Shown one piece after another: positions 25,068 to 37,992 of a DNA stretch of 64,000 nt. Position 1 is the first letter of the stretch, and every line of letters starts with the position of its first letter. Both the position numbers and the translations under genes were made by a program. A model generated the notes under the pieces. That model was not told the origin of the DNA. It made no database searches and was given only the letters and a program-made list of their open reading frames with translations. The DNA is from Heptranchias perlo (lineage: Eukaryota): assembly GCF_035084215.1 (NCBI RefSeq), contig NC_090333.1, forward strand, positions 61,628,001-61,692,000, in the 5' to 3' direction.

Positions 25068-25545
25068 CAGAACATAGGAACATTAGGAACAGGAGTAGGC
25101 CAGTCAGCTCCTCGGGCCTACTTTGCCCTTCAACTAGATCATGGCTGATCTGCACCTCAACTTCATTTTCCTGCCACTGCTCCATATCCCTTGATACCCT
25201 TAACTAACAAAAATCTATCTCAGTCTTGAAAGTTCCAATTGTCCCCCAGCATCCACAACCTTTGGGGGAAGAGAGTTCCAAGTTTCCACTACCCTTTGTG
25301 TGAAAAAGTGTTCCTGATTTTGCTCCTGAATGGCCTGGCTCTAATTTTAAGATTGTGCCCTCTTGTTCTAGATTCCCCCACCAGAAGAAATAGTTTCTCT
25401 GTATCTACCCTATCGAAACCTTTTATAATTTTAAACACCTCGATTAGATCACCCCTCAGCCTTCTAAACTCAATGGAACACAAGCCAAGTTTGTGCAACC
25501 TGTCCTCATAATTTAACCCTTTAAGACCTGGGATCATTCTGGGAA
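25068..25545 (-). mobile_element. CR1 3' fragment
   Basis: RMIPGLKGLNYEDRLHKLGLCSIEFRRLRGDLIEVFK. Tail gaacataggaacattaggaacaggagtaggcc. Confidence 0.9.
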
Positions 25546-26073
25546 ACACTGGAAAAAACTGGAGCAGTCAGCGGTGCATCGTAATCAATCGCCAGCAGCC
25601 GATGTGGTGGAGATTCCACAACGACTGTTCCTGGACTACTCTGACATCTAATGAACATTCCCGGCCCCCCCCCACACACACACAAAACAAACCTCTCAAA
25701 GTCACGTCACAGTCCCGTAAAAACAACTCCTCTCACATGATCGGGTTGAGAACTGACAAAAGCCACCTAACAAATTGGCTCGTAGATCCAGGTGCCAGAA
25801 ACCAGACTGACGTTAAGTGAGCATCTCAACTGCAGTAGCATGGGGACGATTTGCACACGACGATTTCTTTTGCTTGTTTGTTAATCGAGTTTTTGATTAT
25901 TTAATCCACACCAGTCCTTCCATTTACAAGCCCATATAAAGAATGGCACCTGTTTTACCCAGGGCATGGCTTCGACTGCAGTCCCTATTACAGTGCGTAA
26001 TGTTATATTGCTGCTATGCCAGAGTGCACAAATCAGGCATGGTGTTCTCTTAAAAGTCCACATGTCAGCCAAT

Positions 26074-26826
26074 GGGCTGGATTTTGCTGTAAAAATAACG
26101 GTGAAGCTAACAGTTATTCGTGTGCAAATCGGACAGTAACTTGCGGCGACTGCACATGTACAGTTAAATGTGAAATCCAGATGTTGCTGTCCGAGATACG
26201 ATGCTCCTCCAAAAGCTGCACGAAAATGGCATCTCGCTGTCTGACTCACCAATCAGATGTATTGAACAGCGTGAAGTTCCTGCACTTACTTCATAGATAC
26301 AGACTAAACTCGCCACAGAAAGTTAGGGCTTGTCCATTCCAGTGTGAGTATCCTTTTAATGCCTCTTAGTTACAGCCAAGCAACCTCTCTGGCACTGAAA
26401 ATTAACTTTTACAAGTGTTGAGAATCAATCCTTCAGCTTTTAATTATTGTTGGAGATTTTTTAAAAATTTAAATAAAAATGTTTTTTCTTACTGTCTCTT
26501 TTATCTCTCTCTCTTAATCCAATCTTTCTTTCCCTCTTTATTTTGCTTTCTGTACCTGATTTGACATTGAATTCACTATTCGAACTGACACTTCCTGGTT
26601 CAGTCTCTGTCTGGCTCATCAACGATTCTTCAATCTGATTGGTTAAGGGGATACACAGTTGCTTGCCCTGTTCACACAGGTCCCAGATGCTCTGTAGAGG
26701 GCACCGCGGTGGATCGTTAATTTAGAGTAACTTGCCGTGCAAAAGCTCATAGAAAGTCTCTGGGCAAGTGCAAGTCTGACCAATGACTGGTGCCGTTCGT
26801 TCGCTACTCACAGCAAAATCCGATCC
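26074..26826. mobile_element. Harbinger-type MITE (753 bp)
   Basis: TIR gggctggattttgctgt versus reverse complement ggatcggattttgctgt. TSD AAT at 26071-26073 and 26827-26829. Confidence 0.78.
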
Positions 26827-27635
26827 AATGACTTTTGTGAATTAGGAGCAAGATTTTTTTTTTAAAAAACTGTGTAACAGAGCAAGAATATTTGCAGTGC
26901 AATATACAAGTTGTGTTATATAAATGGTTATTCAATGGGTTTGTCTTGCTGTTATTTTTTTTCTATAGCCCCATTTTTTTTTTAAGGAGGAGATAAGTTG
27001 TTTTCAGGGTATAGTTGGTTAGCTCTCTGACGTGACTCTTTTCTGGAACCAGGGGCTGTTGTCTGCACAGAGATGGGATGAAAGTATCCTCTCCACAAGT
27101 TTAAGGAGCCTGAGTGAAATAAGCTCATGCAATCTCAACTTTGCTCCCAGACCTCTTCAAAGTACGCAGGCCGGCCGCTGTAAGATACACCGATCTTCTG
27201 CTGTCTCCTGGGCTGGACAAGGTTCAAAGTGTGTACTGCAGGTATCTGGAATACTGGCAGCGCTATGTTACATTTAGCTTCCATACATCTTCCAATTGGC
27301 TGAGCCACTACTAACATGAGCTGTCTCCTCTCTTGAATTGACAGGCACTGCATCCAAGCGGGGGAGTGCTGGGTCGGGGTGGGGTGGGGGAGTGGTGAGG
27401 GGGCGGATGTGTGGACAGGGCAGAGGAATCTCTTATAGACAAATGTACACACAAGCAACTCGACAAAATCGCATTTTTTAAATAAGAGAAAGGAGAAATG
27501 GAGATAAAGAATCTAAAGTAAGGGATGCGGTCATTCTAGTTCAACTCCCCAAGAGAGAAACAAGTGAACCAATAAAAGTAATATTATTTTTATTGTAATA
27601 TATAGAATAAATATTCCATATATTATATAAAATCA

Positions 27636-28261
27636 TCACACCCCTCTGCAGTGGAGCTCCAAAGCGGTGAAGGGCTCTAAAGGGCCCTTGCCAACTGAAA
27701 GCCAACAATTCAATTTGTGGGACCCATCAAAGATCTGTAGCTCAGTGGACTGTTGCAGAACGATTGAGTCATGGCTGCTCCCTGGGAAATGGGCATTGAC
27801 ATGTAAAATGATCTTTCTGCAGTCGTTAACAATCGGCACCTTTGTAGAGTGGAAAACCTGCCACTCTGAGTCAGTCCACTTCAGTTACTGGGTCCTTTCC
27901 CCATGGAAGCAGGTGAAAGTGCTTCCACTTGACTTATATCACTTGTTTGAAGCATCTGTGACAACTGGCGGATTATAGCTGGTGTCCCCTGTTGTGGCCT
28001 GGACGGATTCTGTGGCGGTAAAAAGTGGAGGCCTCTGCAACCTTCGAAGCTATGGGTAGTGCTGTTCCATTCCTGGAGGTTGTCTGCAGCAGCAGATGGC
28101 AGCATTGGTAAGCTGGGTTTAACAAAAACAATGGCCCAGACTTTGCTGACATAATAATGGGAGCTAAAATACCCTGAGCCTCAAACCTAGACCTGCAAGT
28201 GTGTTTTGTACTCGCCCCATGCCCCGACCGTCCGAGACCCGCTGGGGGTTAAAATCAAGTC
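27636..28261 (-). mobile_element. Old Harbinger remnant with transposase fragment
   Basis: IVNDCRKIILHVNAHFPGSSHDSIVLQQS...NCWLSVGKG. Terminal gggggttaaaatcaagtc resembles the TIR of elements 2 and 3. Limits uncertain. Confidence 0.7.
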
Positions 28262-30116
28262 TGTTGTGGTAATACAAAGTAAAGGACTTAATCACGTTAC
28301 AAATGTTAGTAGCCAGCTTTCCTTTCTCATCCTGACCTGGCTGAATCAGCGGCAGTTGCAATTATTTCCAGTTGCGTGTTGGAAAGCCACATCTCAATGA
28401 TTCTCTGTTTTGCATTCCCACAGTTTGAGTTTCCAGATCTTGTGGGAATACACAGTTGAGGGAACATCCCCAGGATACACAGTTCATTCCTAGATGGAAG
28501 AAAGCTTGAAAGTCCACAACTGATCTAATATTTATGTAACTTTAGATTTGTCACAGGATACTGGTTTGAGGTTTCCTTGTGCCCGTAAGACTGTGAGACA
28601 TTTTGTATTCAGATTGCAGAGTGATTGCAGCCCTAACCATTCAGAGAAAAACACCATGAATAAACAGGTCTATTTCCTGCCCGCATCCTGTTGACTGTCC
28701 CACGCTCTTAATCAGCGTTGAAAGGACTTGCCCTCAATCAAACTTATCTTCTCCATGTGGTAAAATAGAGTTCAAATGAGGATTACTTTTTAAAGTACAT
28801 GCGCACCTTTTTTAAAGTAATGTCCTGACATGGAGGACGTTGGGACAGAACAGGCTCGAGGGGTTGAATGGCCTGCTCCTGTTCTTATGTTCCTAGATGC
28901 AATAAATATAAAGTCGTTTCTCTTGTTTGAGCTCCGTTGGGCAAAATTAAGTCTTCCTAAAAATGTTAACGAGGATGTGACAGTAACAACAGGCAGGTGT
29001 GGACTGACTGGTGATGCTTATTCTCTGCTGTAAATCTGACTGAGAGCTTTCAAAGTTCTACCCTGATATTTTCATAAAAGGGGTTTGAGATGTTTACAAT
29101 TGCAAATGAGAGTCCAACTGCTTGTTCGTCACAGCTTTGACTCCTATTTATCCATCTATCTAAATATCTATTTGTCTATAATATATAAAAAGTCTTGTGC
29201 CTAATGCATAGTTCCTCTTTGTTATGCTTAGTTCCTGTGTCCTGATTTTCTCACTCATGCCTTTGTATTATTTTTAATTGTAAACTAAGATGTGCTTACC
29301 ATGATACTTATCTTTTGGTCCTCCAATGCTAGGTGGCGCCATCACTCCTCCAAGGTCCATCTTCCAGATCAGCTGCAGGTAGGTGTTGTTTAAATGTTAT
29401 GATCCTGAAATTCCTGGTGGGGGGTTTTGCTCCACCGGTGCAAGTTCAGTGGAGCAGAACCCTGGCCTGGCCTGGCCCGAGACTGCAGACACAGTCTCAA
29501 ATTCTGAGCACGGGGTCATTTACCTGGTCAAGGTGGGATACCAGGGCCCACAAGAGCACAACAGCAGCATCCACCCTTGCAATGTAAAGGACCCAGCCAA
29601 GTGTACAGAGCATCTTCAAGACCAACAGAAAATAGCATTAATTCCTCAATACTCGCAGGAGTCACATTTAAAGAAAGTATCAATGAGAAAGAAAGCCAAT
29701 CTGACCTGTAATTGACCTGAAGGACTGCCCAAGAACAATTAGCCTCTAATTGACCCAGGAAGATACAGTAATTAGATCTTGTGGATTTAAAGAGACACCC
29801 TAAATTACACAGAGCTGCACTTCAGTAGCAGAATAATTCATTGTACATTCATGGTATAAACCTCTAGTCCTTAGAAAACAGCGTTTATCTGCCAACCTAA
29901 CATAATCAGTACCACAAGAGATTGTTGAGCAATTAAAAGTATTGTGTTCTTAATGAACTCCTTCCAAAGATAGTGAGGAATTTTTCCACAGATTAACACT
30001 ACCTCTATTTTAAGCATAATTCTTGTCACTTTTATACTTAACCCATTAATATGTTCCCTAACCCTACCTGTAAATAAAACTTGCTATCATTTAAAAGTTG
30101 CTGATGTCAAAAGAAT

Positions 30117-32081
30117 GGGGTATAAATTGGCCTTGGCGGTAGAGTAAAATGGGTGACAGCGAATCCACAGCCTGTTTTATGCAGGCCCGATTTTCTTCTT
30201 CATTTAAGTTAATAGAAAACAATATTGGGCAGGGTGTGAAATGGGCGGGGTCTACAACGGGCGAGGAGTGTAATTTGCAATAGGCGGGTGTGAAACGGGC
30301 GGGGTGTGAAACGGGAGGGGTGTCCAATGGGCGGGGTGTGAAACGGGAGGGGTGTGAAACGGGAGGGGTGTGAAACGGGAGGGGTGTGCAACGGGAGGGG
30401 TGTCCAATGGGCGGGGTGTGAAATGGGCGGGGTGTCCAACGGGCGGGGTGTGAAACGGGAGGGGTGTGAAACGGGAGGGGTGTCCAACGGGCGGGGTGTG
30501 AAACGGGAGGGGTGTGCAACGGGAGGGGTGTCCAACGGGCGGGGTGTGAAACGGGCGGGGTGTGAAACGGGCAGGGTGTGAAACAGGCGGGGTGTGAAAC
30601 GGGAAGGGTGTGAAACGGGAGGGGTGTGAAACGGGAGGGGTGTCCAACGGGCGGGGTGTGAAACGGGCGGGGTGTGAAACGGGCGGGGTGTGAAACAGGC
30701 GGGGTGTGAAACGGGAAGGGTGTGAAACGGGAGGGGTGTGAAACGGGAGGGGTGTGAAACGGGAGGGGTGTGAAACGGGCGGGGTGTGAAACGGGCGGGG
30801 TGTGAAACGGGCGGGGTGTGAAACGGGCGGGGTGTGAAACGGGAGGGGTGTGAAACGGGAGGGGTGTGAAACGGGAGGGGTGTGAAACGGGAGGGGTGTG
30901 AAACGGGAGGGGTGTGAAACGGGAAGGGTGTGAAACGGGAAGGGTGTGAAACGGGAGGGGTGTGAAACGGGAAGGGTGTGAAACGGGAGGGGTGTGAAAC
31001 GGGAGGGGTGTGAAACGGGAGGGGTGTGAAACGGGAAGGGTGTGACACGGGAGAGGTGTGAAACGGGAGGGGTGTGAAACGGGAAGGGTGTGAAACGGGA
31101 AGGGTGTGAAACGGGAGGGGTGTGAAACGGGAGGGGTGTGAAACGGGAGGGGTGTGAAACGGGAAGGGTGTGAAACGGGAGGGGTGTGAAACGGGAAGGG
31201 TGTGAAACAGGAGAGGTGTGAAACGGGAAGGGTGTGAAACAGGAGAGGTGTGAAACGGGAGGGGTGTGAAACGGGAGGGGTGTGAAACGGGAGGGGTGTG
31301 AAACGGGAAGGGTGTGAAACGGGAAGGGTGTGAAACGGGAAGGGTGTGAAACGGGAGGGGTGTGAAACGGGCAGGGTGTGAAATGGGAGGGGTGTGAAAC
31401 GGGAAGGGTGTGAAACGGGAAGGGTGTGAAATGGGAGAGGTGTGAAACGGGCAGGGTGTGAAACGGGAAGGGTGTGAAACGGGAAGGGTGTGAAACGGGA
31501 AGGGTGTGAAACGGGAAGGGTGTGAAACGGGAGCGGTGTGAAACGGGCGGGGTGTGAAACGGGAAGGGTGTGCAATGGAAAGGGTGTGAAACGGGAGGGG
31601 TGTGCAATGGAAAGGGTGTGAAACGGGCCGGGTGTCCAATGGGCGGGATGTGAAACGGGAAGGGTGTGCAATGGAAAGGGTGTGAAACGGGAGGAGTGTG
31701 CAACGGGCGGTGTGTGAAACAGGAGGGGTGTGCAATGGAAGGGGTGTGAAACGGGCGGCGTGTGCAACGGGTGCAGTGTGAAACAAGAGGGGTGTGCAAT
31801 GGGCGGGGTGTGAAACGGGAGGGGTGTGAAACAGGAGGAGTGTGCAACGGGTGCGGTGTGAAACAGGAGGGGTGTGCAATGGGCGGGGTGTGAAACGGGA
31901 GGGGTGTGCAATGGGCGAGGTGTGCAACGGGTGTAGTGTGAAACAGGAGGGGTGTGCAATGGGCGGGGTGTGCAACGGGTGTAGTGTGAAACAGGAGGGG
32001 TGTGCAATGGACCGGGTGTGAAACGGACAGCCGATTCATTATCCTTTGTTTGCGACACCACCCGAGACCAATTTATACCCC
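30117..32081. mobile_element. Harbinger-type MITE containing an expanded minisatellite
   Basis: TIR ggggtataaattggcct versus reverse complement ggggtataaattggtct (16/17). Flanks AAT / AGT (2/3). Confidence 0.82.
30286..32025 (+). repeat. 16-bp G-rich minisatellite, about 108 copies (gggaggggtgtgaaac)
   Basis: Direct reading. The stop-free minus frames repeat every 16 aa = 3 x 16 nt. Variants gggc/ggga/ggaa and tgaaac/tccaac/tgcaat. Confidence 0.97.
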
Positions 32082-32796
32082 AGTGTTTTTGGGTAGTTTG
32101 ACAATGCTGCATTGAGTTGCTGGCTATAAAGGCCATATGTTCATTTGCACATTTGCCAAGTGTCTCTGCGATTTGAGATCTGCCGCTCACATTGAGAAAT
32201 GCCACACTTGACTGGAATGCGGTGACAATTTACAAAGTCATGGCTAGTTGCACTGATGACTATGCATGGGAGATCAGACTATATCAACACAGAGGGACCT
32301 CACCATTGAACATTACAAATGCTCCCCACATTTCCAGTGACCCTGGCAACTGACAGCAGATATAGATCATGCTCGGGGAATAATGATGCAATTCAATCTA
32401 GTAATTATCAATCCGGATACTTTAAATAAAGTTCTTGATATATTGGTAATTACGAATAATATCAACAGATGCTACAAACAAAATAATAAATATATACATA
32501 GCAAAAGGGTAAACCACAGCCAGCTCGATTACTTTTGGTTTGAAACTTTCTCTTGTGGCTCGTTTTGGTCCTTCAGAAACTTGGGGAGGGGGATTCAGTT
32601 CTGGGCACTGGCAGTTTCGCCCTGCTTTTCTCCCCGCTTTTGTTTTTCTACCATTGTTTTCTCCCCATTCCTTCTCCTCTCATCCAATCTGTCAACTTGC
32701 ATTTCATCATTAATATTCTGCAGTAGTCAAAAAAAGAGGCTCAAGTTTCTTTTCAGATGATGCATCCAATCCAACCAAGCAACAGTACTGGCCTTT

Positions 32797-33010
32797 TAAC
32801 AACAACTTGTATTTATATAGCGCCTTTAACGTAGTAAAACGTCCCAAGGTGCTTCACGGGCGTAATTATCAAACAAAATTTGACACCGAGCCACATAAGG
32901 ACAGGTGACCAAAAGCTTGGTCAAAGAGGTAGGTTTTAAGAAGCGTCTTAAAGGAGGAGAGGTAGAGAGGCGGAGAGGGTTTGGGAGGGAATTCCACAGC
33001 TTAGAGCCTA
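32797..33010 (-). mobile_element. L2 3' tail fragment
   Basis: Same sequence as about 14548-14775 (aacaacaacttgtatttatatagcgcc...). Confidence 0.85.
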
Positions 33011-33990
33011 GGATACAATAGACCAGGAAACAACTTTGAATAGTCAAGCTCATTTCTCCAGAATAAAAGGCCATCTCCTGCATGGAGATGCACAGAGTGA
33101 ATCTCTGGAAAGCTCCATGGTTCACAACTGTTTTGCATTACAACAGTGTCACAGCAGAATCTATCAACAAGGTTCTTAACTACAAAGCTGAGCTTAGTCA
33201 TGGCACTGGAGATACATTTAAGAATGGCTCATAATTTTTTCCAGAGCTAAAGATGCCTAAAGTATGAAATGTGCCCCAAAGGACTGAACATATCAAACCC
33301 CATGGAAATTTTAAAGGCTTTGATTTGGGCCCATGTCTGATGTTTGTGTGGCCTCAATCCACTTTGCTAAGAGAACCAGACCCCAAGAGTACATTAACCC
33401 TCTCGACATTTAACATTTTAAAAGCATTTTCTTTGCCTTCTTTAAGATGTATTTTCCTTCTCCTCTGGGTCTCCCTCCTCCCCAGGTTACGATGGATTTC
33501 CGACCTGGAGGTTGCAAACTTTTGTCACGACAAATGCCGTGGCTTAGGGGAAAAAAAAACCTTTTTCCAAAATTACATGAAAGACAAACTATTTCAACAA
33601 TGATGTGGCTTGACATTTAACTGTTATATAGAGGGTGCGTTTATCTCAATCTAGTTTCTCTCTTTGCTGTGGCTCCTGCTGATTTGCCAGCATTTAGTTT
33701 AGATGCTGGAATTAATTTTTCGAGATAGTTGTAATTTTGAAGTCATGGGAACAGCTCAAATGATCTCAAATCTCCCAAAAAACCAGACCAAAAATTGGAA
33801 TTAAAAATATCCCTGACATTTACAATAAAAAGTGCTCAGTCTGCTCAAAAAATAGATCGACTAGCCAAAAAAAACAGACAGGTGACAACCTGACCAAGGG
33901 GGCTCCGCCATTGCCACTCATGAGCCAGTCGCTACTGGATGCATGATAGGCTGGTCATCTGATTGTCCCTCCGTTTGGAGACAAATTGGG

Positions 33991-36735
33991 CCTCCACTCA
34001 CTGCCCCTCCACTCACTAACCCCTCCACTCACTATCCCCTCCACTCACCAGCCTCCACTCACTGCCCCTCCCCTCACTGCCCCTCCACTCACTAACCCCT
34101 CCACTCACTAACCCCTCCACTCACTATCCCCTCCACTCACCAGCCTCCCCTCACTGCCCCTCCCCTAACTAACCCCTCCACTCACTAACCCCTCCACTCA
34201 CTAACCCCTCCACTCACTAACCCCTCCACTCACTAACCCCTCCACTCACTAACCCCTCCACTCACTAACCCCTCCACTCACTAACCCCTCCACTCACTGC
34301 CCCTCCACTCACTAACCCCTCCACTCACTACCCCCTCCACTCACCGGCCTCCCCTCACTACCCCCTCCACTCACTACCCCCTCCACTCACCGGCCTCCCC
34401 TCACTGCCCCTCCCCTCACTACCCCCTCCCCTCACTACCCCCTCCACTCACTACCCCCTCCACTCACCGGCATCCACTCACTGCCCCTCCACTCACTAAC
34501 CCCTCCACTCACCGGCCTCCACTCACTACCCCCTCCACTCACTAACCCCTCCACTCACCGGCCTCCACTCACTGCCCCTCCACTCACTATCCCCCTCCAC
34601 TCACTAACCCCTCCACTCGCTAACCCCTCCACTCACTAACCCCTCCACTCACTAACCCCTCCACTCACTACCCCCTCCACTCACTAACCCCTCCACTCAC
34701 TATCCCCTCCACTCACCAGCCTCCCCTCACTACCCCCTCCATTCACTAACCCCTCCACTCACCGGCCTCCCCTCACTGCCCCTCCCCTCCCCTCACTACC
34801 CCCTCCACTCACTACCCCCTCCACTCACTACCCCCTCCACTCACCGGCCTCCCCTCACTACCCCCTCCACTCACTACCCCCTCCACTCACCGGCCTCCAC
34901 TCACTGCCCCTCCACTCACTAACCCCCTCCACTCACTAACCCCTCCACTCACTACCCCCTCCACTCACTAACCCCTCCACTCACTAACCCCTCCACTCAC
35001 CAGCCTCCCCTCACTACCCCCTCCACTCACTAACCCCTCCACTCACTAACCCCTCCACTCACTACCCCCTCCACTCACTAACCCCTCCACTCACTAACCC
35101 CTCCACTCACTATCCCCTCCACTCACCGGCCTCCCCTCACTACCCCCTCCACTCACTAACCCCTCCACTCACTAACCCCCTCCACTCACTAACCCCTCCA
35201 CTCACTATCCCCTCCACTCACCAGCCTCCCCTCACTACCCCCTCCACTCACTAACCCCTCCACTCACCGGCCTCCCCTCACTGCCCCTCCCCTCACTACC
35301 CCCTCCACTCACTACCCCCTCCACTCACCGGCCTCCCCTCACTACCCCCTCCACTCACTACCCCCTCCACTCACCGGCCTCCACTCACTGCCCCTCCACT
35401 TACTAACCCCCTCCACTCACTAACCCCTCCACTCACTACCCCCTCCACTCACTAACCCCTCCACTCACTAACCCCTCCACTCACTATCCCCTCCACTCAC
35501 TGGCCTCCCCTCACTACCCCCTCCACTCACTAACCCCTCCACTCACTAACCCCTCCACTCACTAACCCCTCCACTCACTACCCCCTCCACTCACTGCCCC
35601 TCCACTCACTATCCCCCTCCACTCACTAACCCCTCCACTCACTACCCCCTCCACCCACTAACCCCTCCACTCACTAACCCCTCCACTCACTAACCCCTCC
35701 ACTCACCGGCCTCCCCTCACTACCCCCTCCACTCACTACCCCCTCCACTCACTAACCCCTCCACTCACTATCCTCTCCACTCACCGGCCTCCCCTCACTA
35801 CCCCCTCCACTCACTACCCCCTCCACTCACTAACCCCTCCACTCACTATCCCCTCCACTCACCGGCCTCCACTCACTAACCCCTCCACTCACTAACCCCT
35901 CCACTCACCGGCCTCCCCTCACTACCCCCTCCACTCACTAACCCCTCCACTCACTAACCGCTCCACTCACTACCCCCTCCACTCACTAACCCCTCCACTC
36001 ACTAACCCCTCCACTCACTACCCCCTCCACTCACTAACCCCTCCACTCACTACCCCCTCCACTCACTAACCCCTCCACTCACTAACCCCTCCACTCACTA
36101 ACCCCTCCACTCACCGGCCTCCCCTCACTACCCCCTCCACTCACTACCCCCTCCACTCACTACCCCCTCCACTCACTAACCCCTCCACTCACTAACCCCT
36201 CCACTCACTATCCCCTCCACTCACCGGCCTCCCCTCACTAACCCCTCCACTCACTATCCCCTCCACTCACCGGCCTCCACTCACTAACCCCTCCACTCAC
36301 TAACCCCTCCACTCACTAACCCCTCCACTCACCGGCCTCCCCTCACTACCCCCTCCACTCACTAACCCCTCCACTCACTAACCCCTCCACTCACTAACCC
36401 CTCCACTCACTGCGCTTCCACTCACTGCCCCTCCACTCACATGCCCCTCCACTCACATGCCCCTCCACTCACTAACCCTTCCACTCACTGCCCTCCACTC
36501 ACTACCCCCTTCACTCCTGCCCCTCCACTCCCTGCCTCTCCACTCACCGCCCCTCCACTCCCTGCCTCTCCACTCACCGCCCCTCCACTCACTACCTTCC
36601 CCTCACTTCCCTTCCCCTCAGGGCCCTCCACTCACTATCCTTCTCCTCACTGCCCTCCACTCACTACATTCCCCTCACAGCCCCTCCACTCACAGCCCCT
36701 CCACTCACTGCCCCCTCAATCACTGCCCCCTCTCC
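33991..36735 (+). repeat. 16-bp C-rich minisatellite, roughly 170 copies (cccctccactcactaa and variants)
   Basis: Direct reading. Variant units ...ctaccccct, ...ctatcccct, ...ccggcctcc. Degenerates toward 36400-36735. Confidence 0.97.
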
Positions 36736-37849
36736 CTAACACCCGGACTGATATTTGACGTCAGCACTTTGGCGAGTTTCAATCCTGTGCCATTAGTACG
36801 ACAGTTTGTACCACAAAGGTGCTTTGCTGCCAGTTTACTGTTCATTAAAAAAAGCCTCTCTAAATCTTTGGAAAGCAATCATAAATTCGGAATAAGCTGT
36901 ACAGGGAAAAAAAAACACGATTGCCCCCCTCCCTCTGAATTTATGTAGCTAGTAACTGCACTGTCTGGTACTTGTAAACCCTGCCTTTATCAAACAGTTA
37001 CAACCAACATTCTTGTACATGATTTGCAAAACAAGGTTTGAAATGTAACTCACGAGTGCCCCTGTTAGTTTTTATTTGCTGTATAGTTTTCAGCTGCTAA
37101 CGCTTCTGGTTTGTGCTGGTAAATGCATTTTCATTGCAGTTTGCATTTTAATTCAATTACAGATTGGTAGAATTTTTTAAAACAGCAAATGACAAACCTG
37201 TGTCCTTTTCTGGCTGACCCAGATTCTGGATCATTACATGAAAGTGTGTTCATTTCCAACTCTCTCCATATACATTACCGATCGCAAGTGGGCTTTGTTA
37301 GAAAGTTGAGTTATTGGTCAGATCTAAACATTCCCTTCAATTTGACCAACCCCTCCAGTTGTACCATTTTGCGTGCAATGAACTGCAGTGACATCCAAAG
37401 TCCTGGCATGCTCCTCCCAAATATAAAACCTAATGCCATCTGACAGCTAGTTGGTTATTGGCTCACTGCCTCTGGGTGGCAGTAATCCCCTCAACTTAAC
37501 TCTCCATTTTCAACTCTTCCCAGTCTGGAGAATCTAAAGTTTGCACAGAAGCAGCTTGGAATCGCCAAACAACATCTGGATCAGATTAAAGAGTTCTGTG
37601 TAAAAGAAGAGGGAGTTCAGTCGATCTGAAATCAGTCCAAGTTAGAAATAGTCTGGGCAGCAAGCAACCTAATTTACAATGCAGTACGGTCTAGCTATAC
37701 TACACGTTAGAGGTCAATTTGGACCCCAAGTCAACTGAAATATGACTTTTGAAAGAAAGTAGGATTGTTTTTCTAGCCCGAGACAGATGCGGCAGGCTTG
37801 CTCCTGCCAGGTTGGAAGAGGGATGGCCCAGGCTGAACTTACAATGTCA

Positions 37850-37992
37850 TCTCGACCCCAAGCTCTGGAATTACCTCCTAAACCCCCTAAAGTGTGGCTT
37901 GGTGTCAATTTTTGTCTGATAACGTTCCTGTGAAGCGTCTTGGGACGTTTTACCATGTTAAAGGTGCTATACAAATGCAAGTTGTTGTTGTT
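37850..37992 (+). mobile_element. L2 3' tail fragment
   Basis: ccccaagctctggaatt...gtgtcaatttttgtctgataacg...gctatacaaatgcaagttgttgttg. Confidence 0.8.

Noticed and set aside
30091-32205. 588-704 aa His/Pro/Thr-rich ORFs in all three minus frames
   Set aside because: Artefact of a stop-free 16-bp tandem repeat inside a MITE. All frames give the same cyclic peptide.
30286-36735. CRISPR-like or telomeric array
   Set aside because: Units are contiguous with no unique spacers and there are no cas genes. The context is eukaryotic, and the taaccc hexamer occurs only inside a 16-mer, not as (TTAGGG)n.
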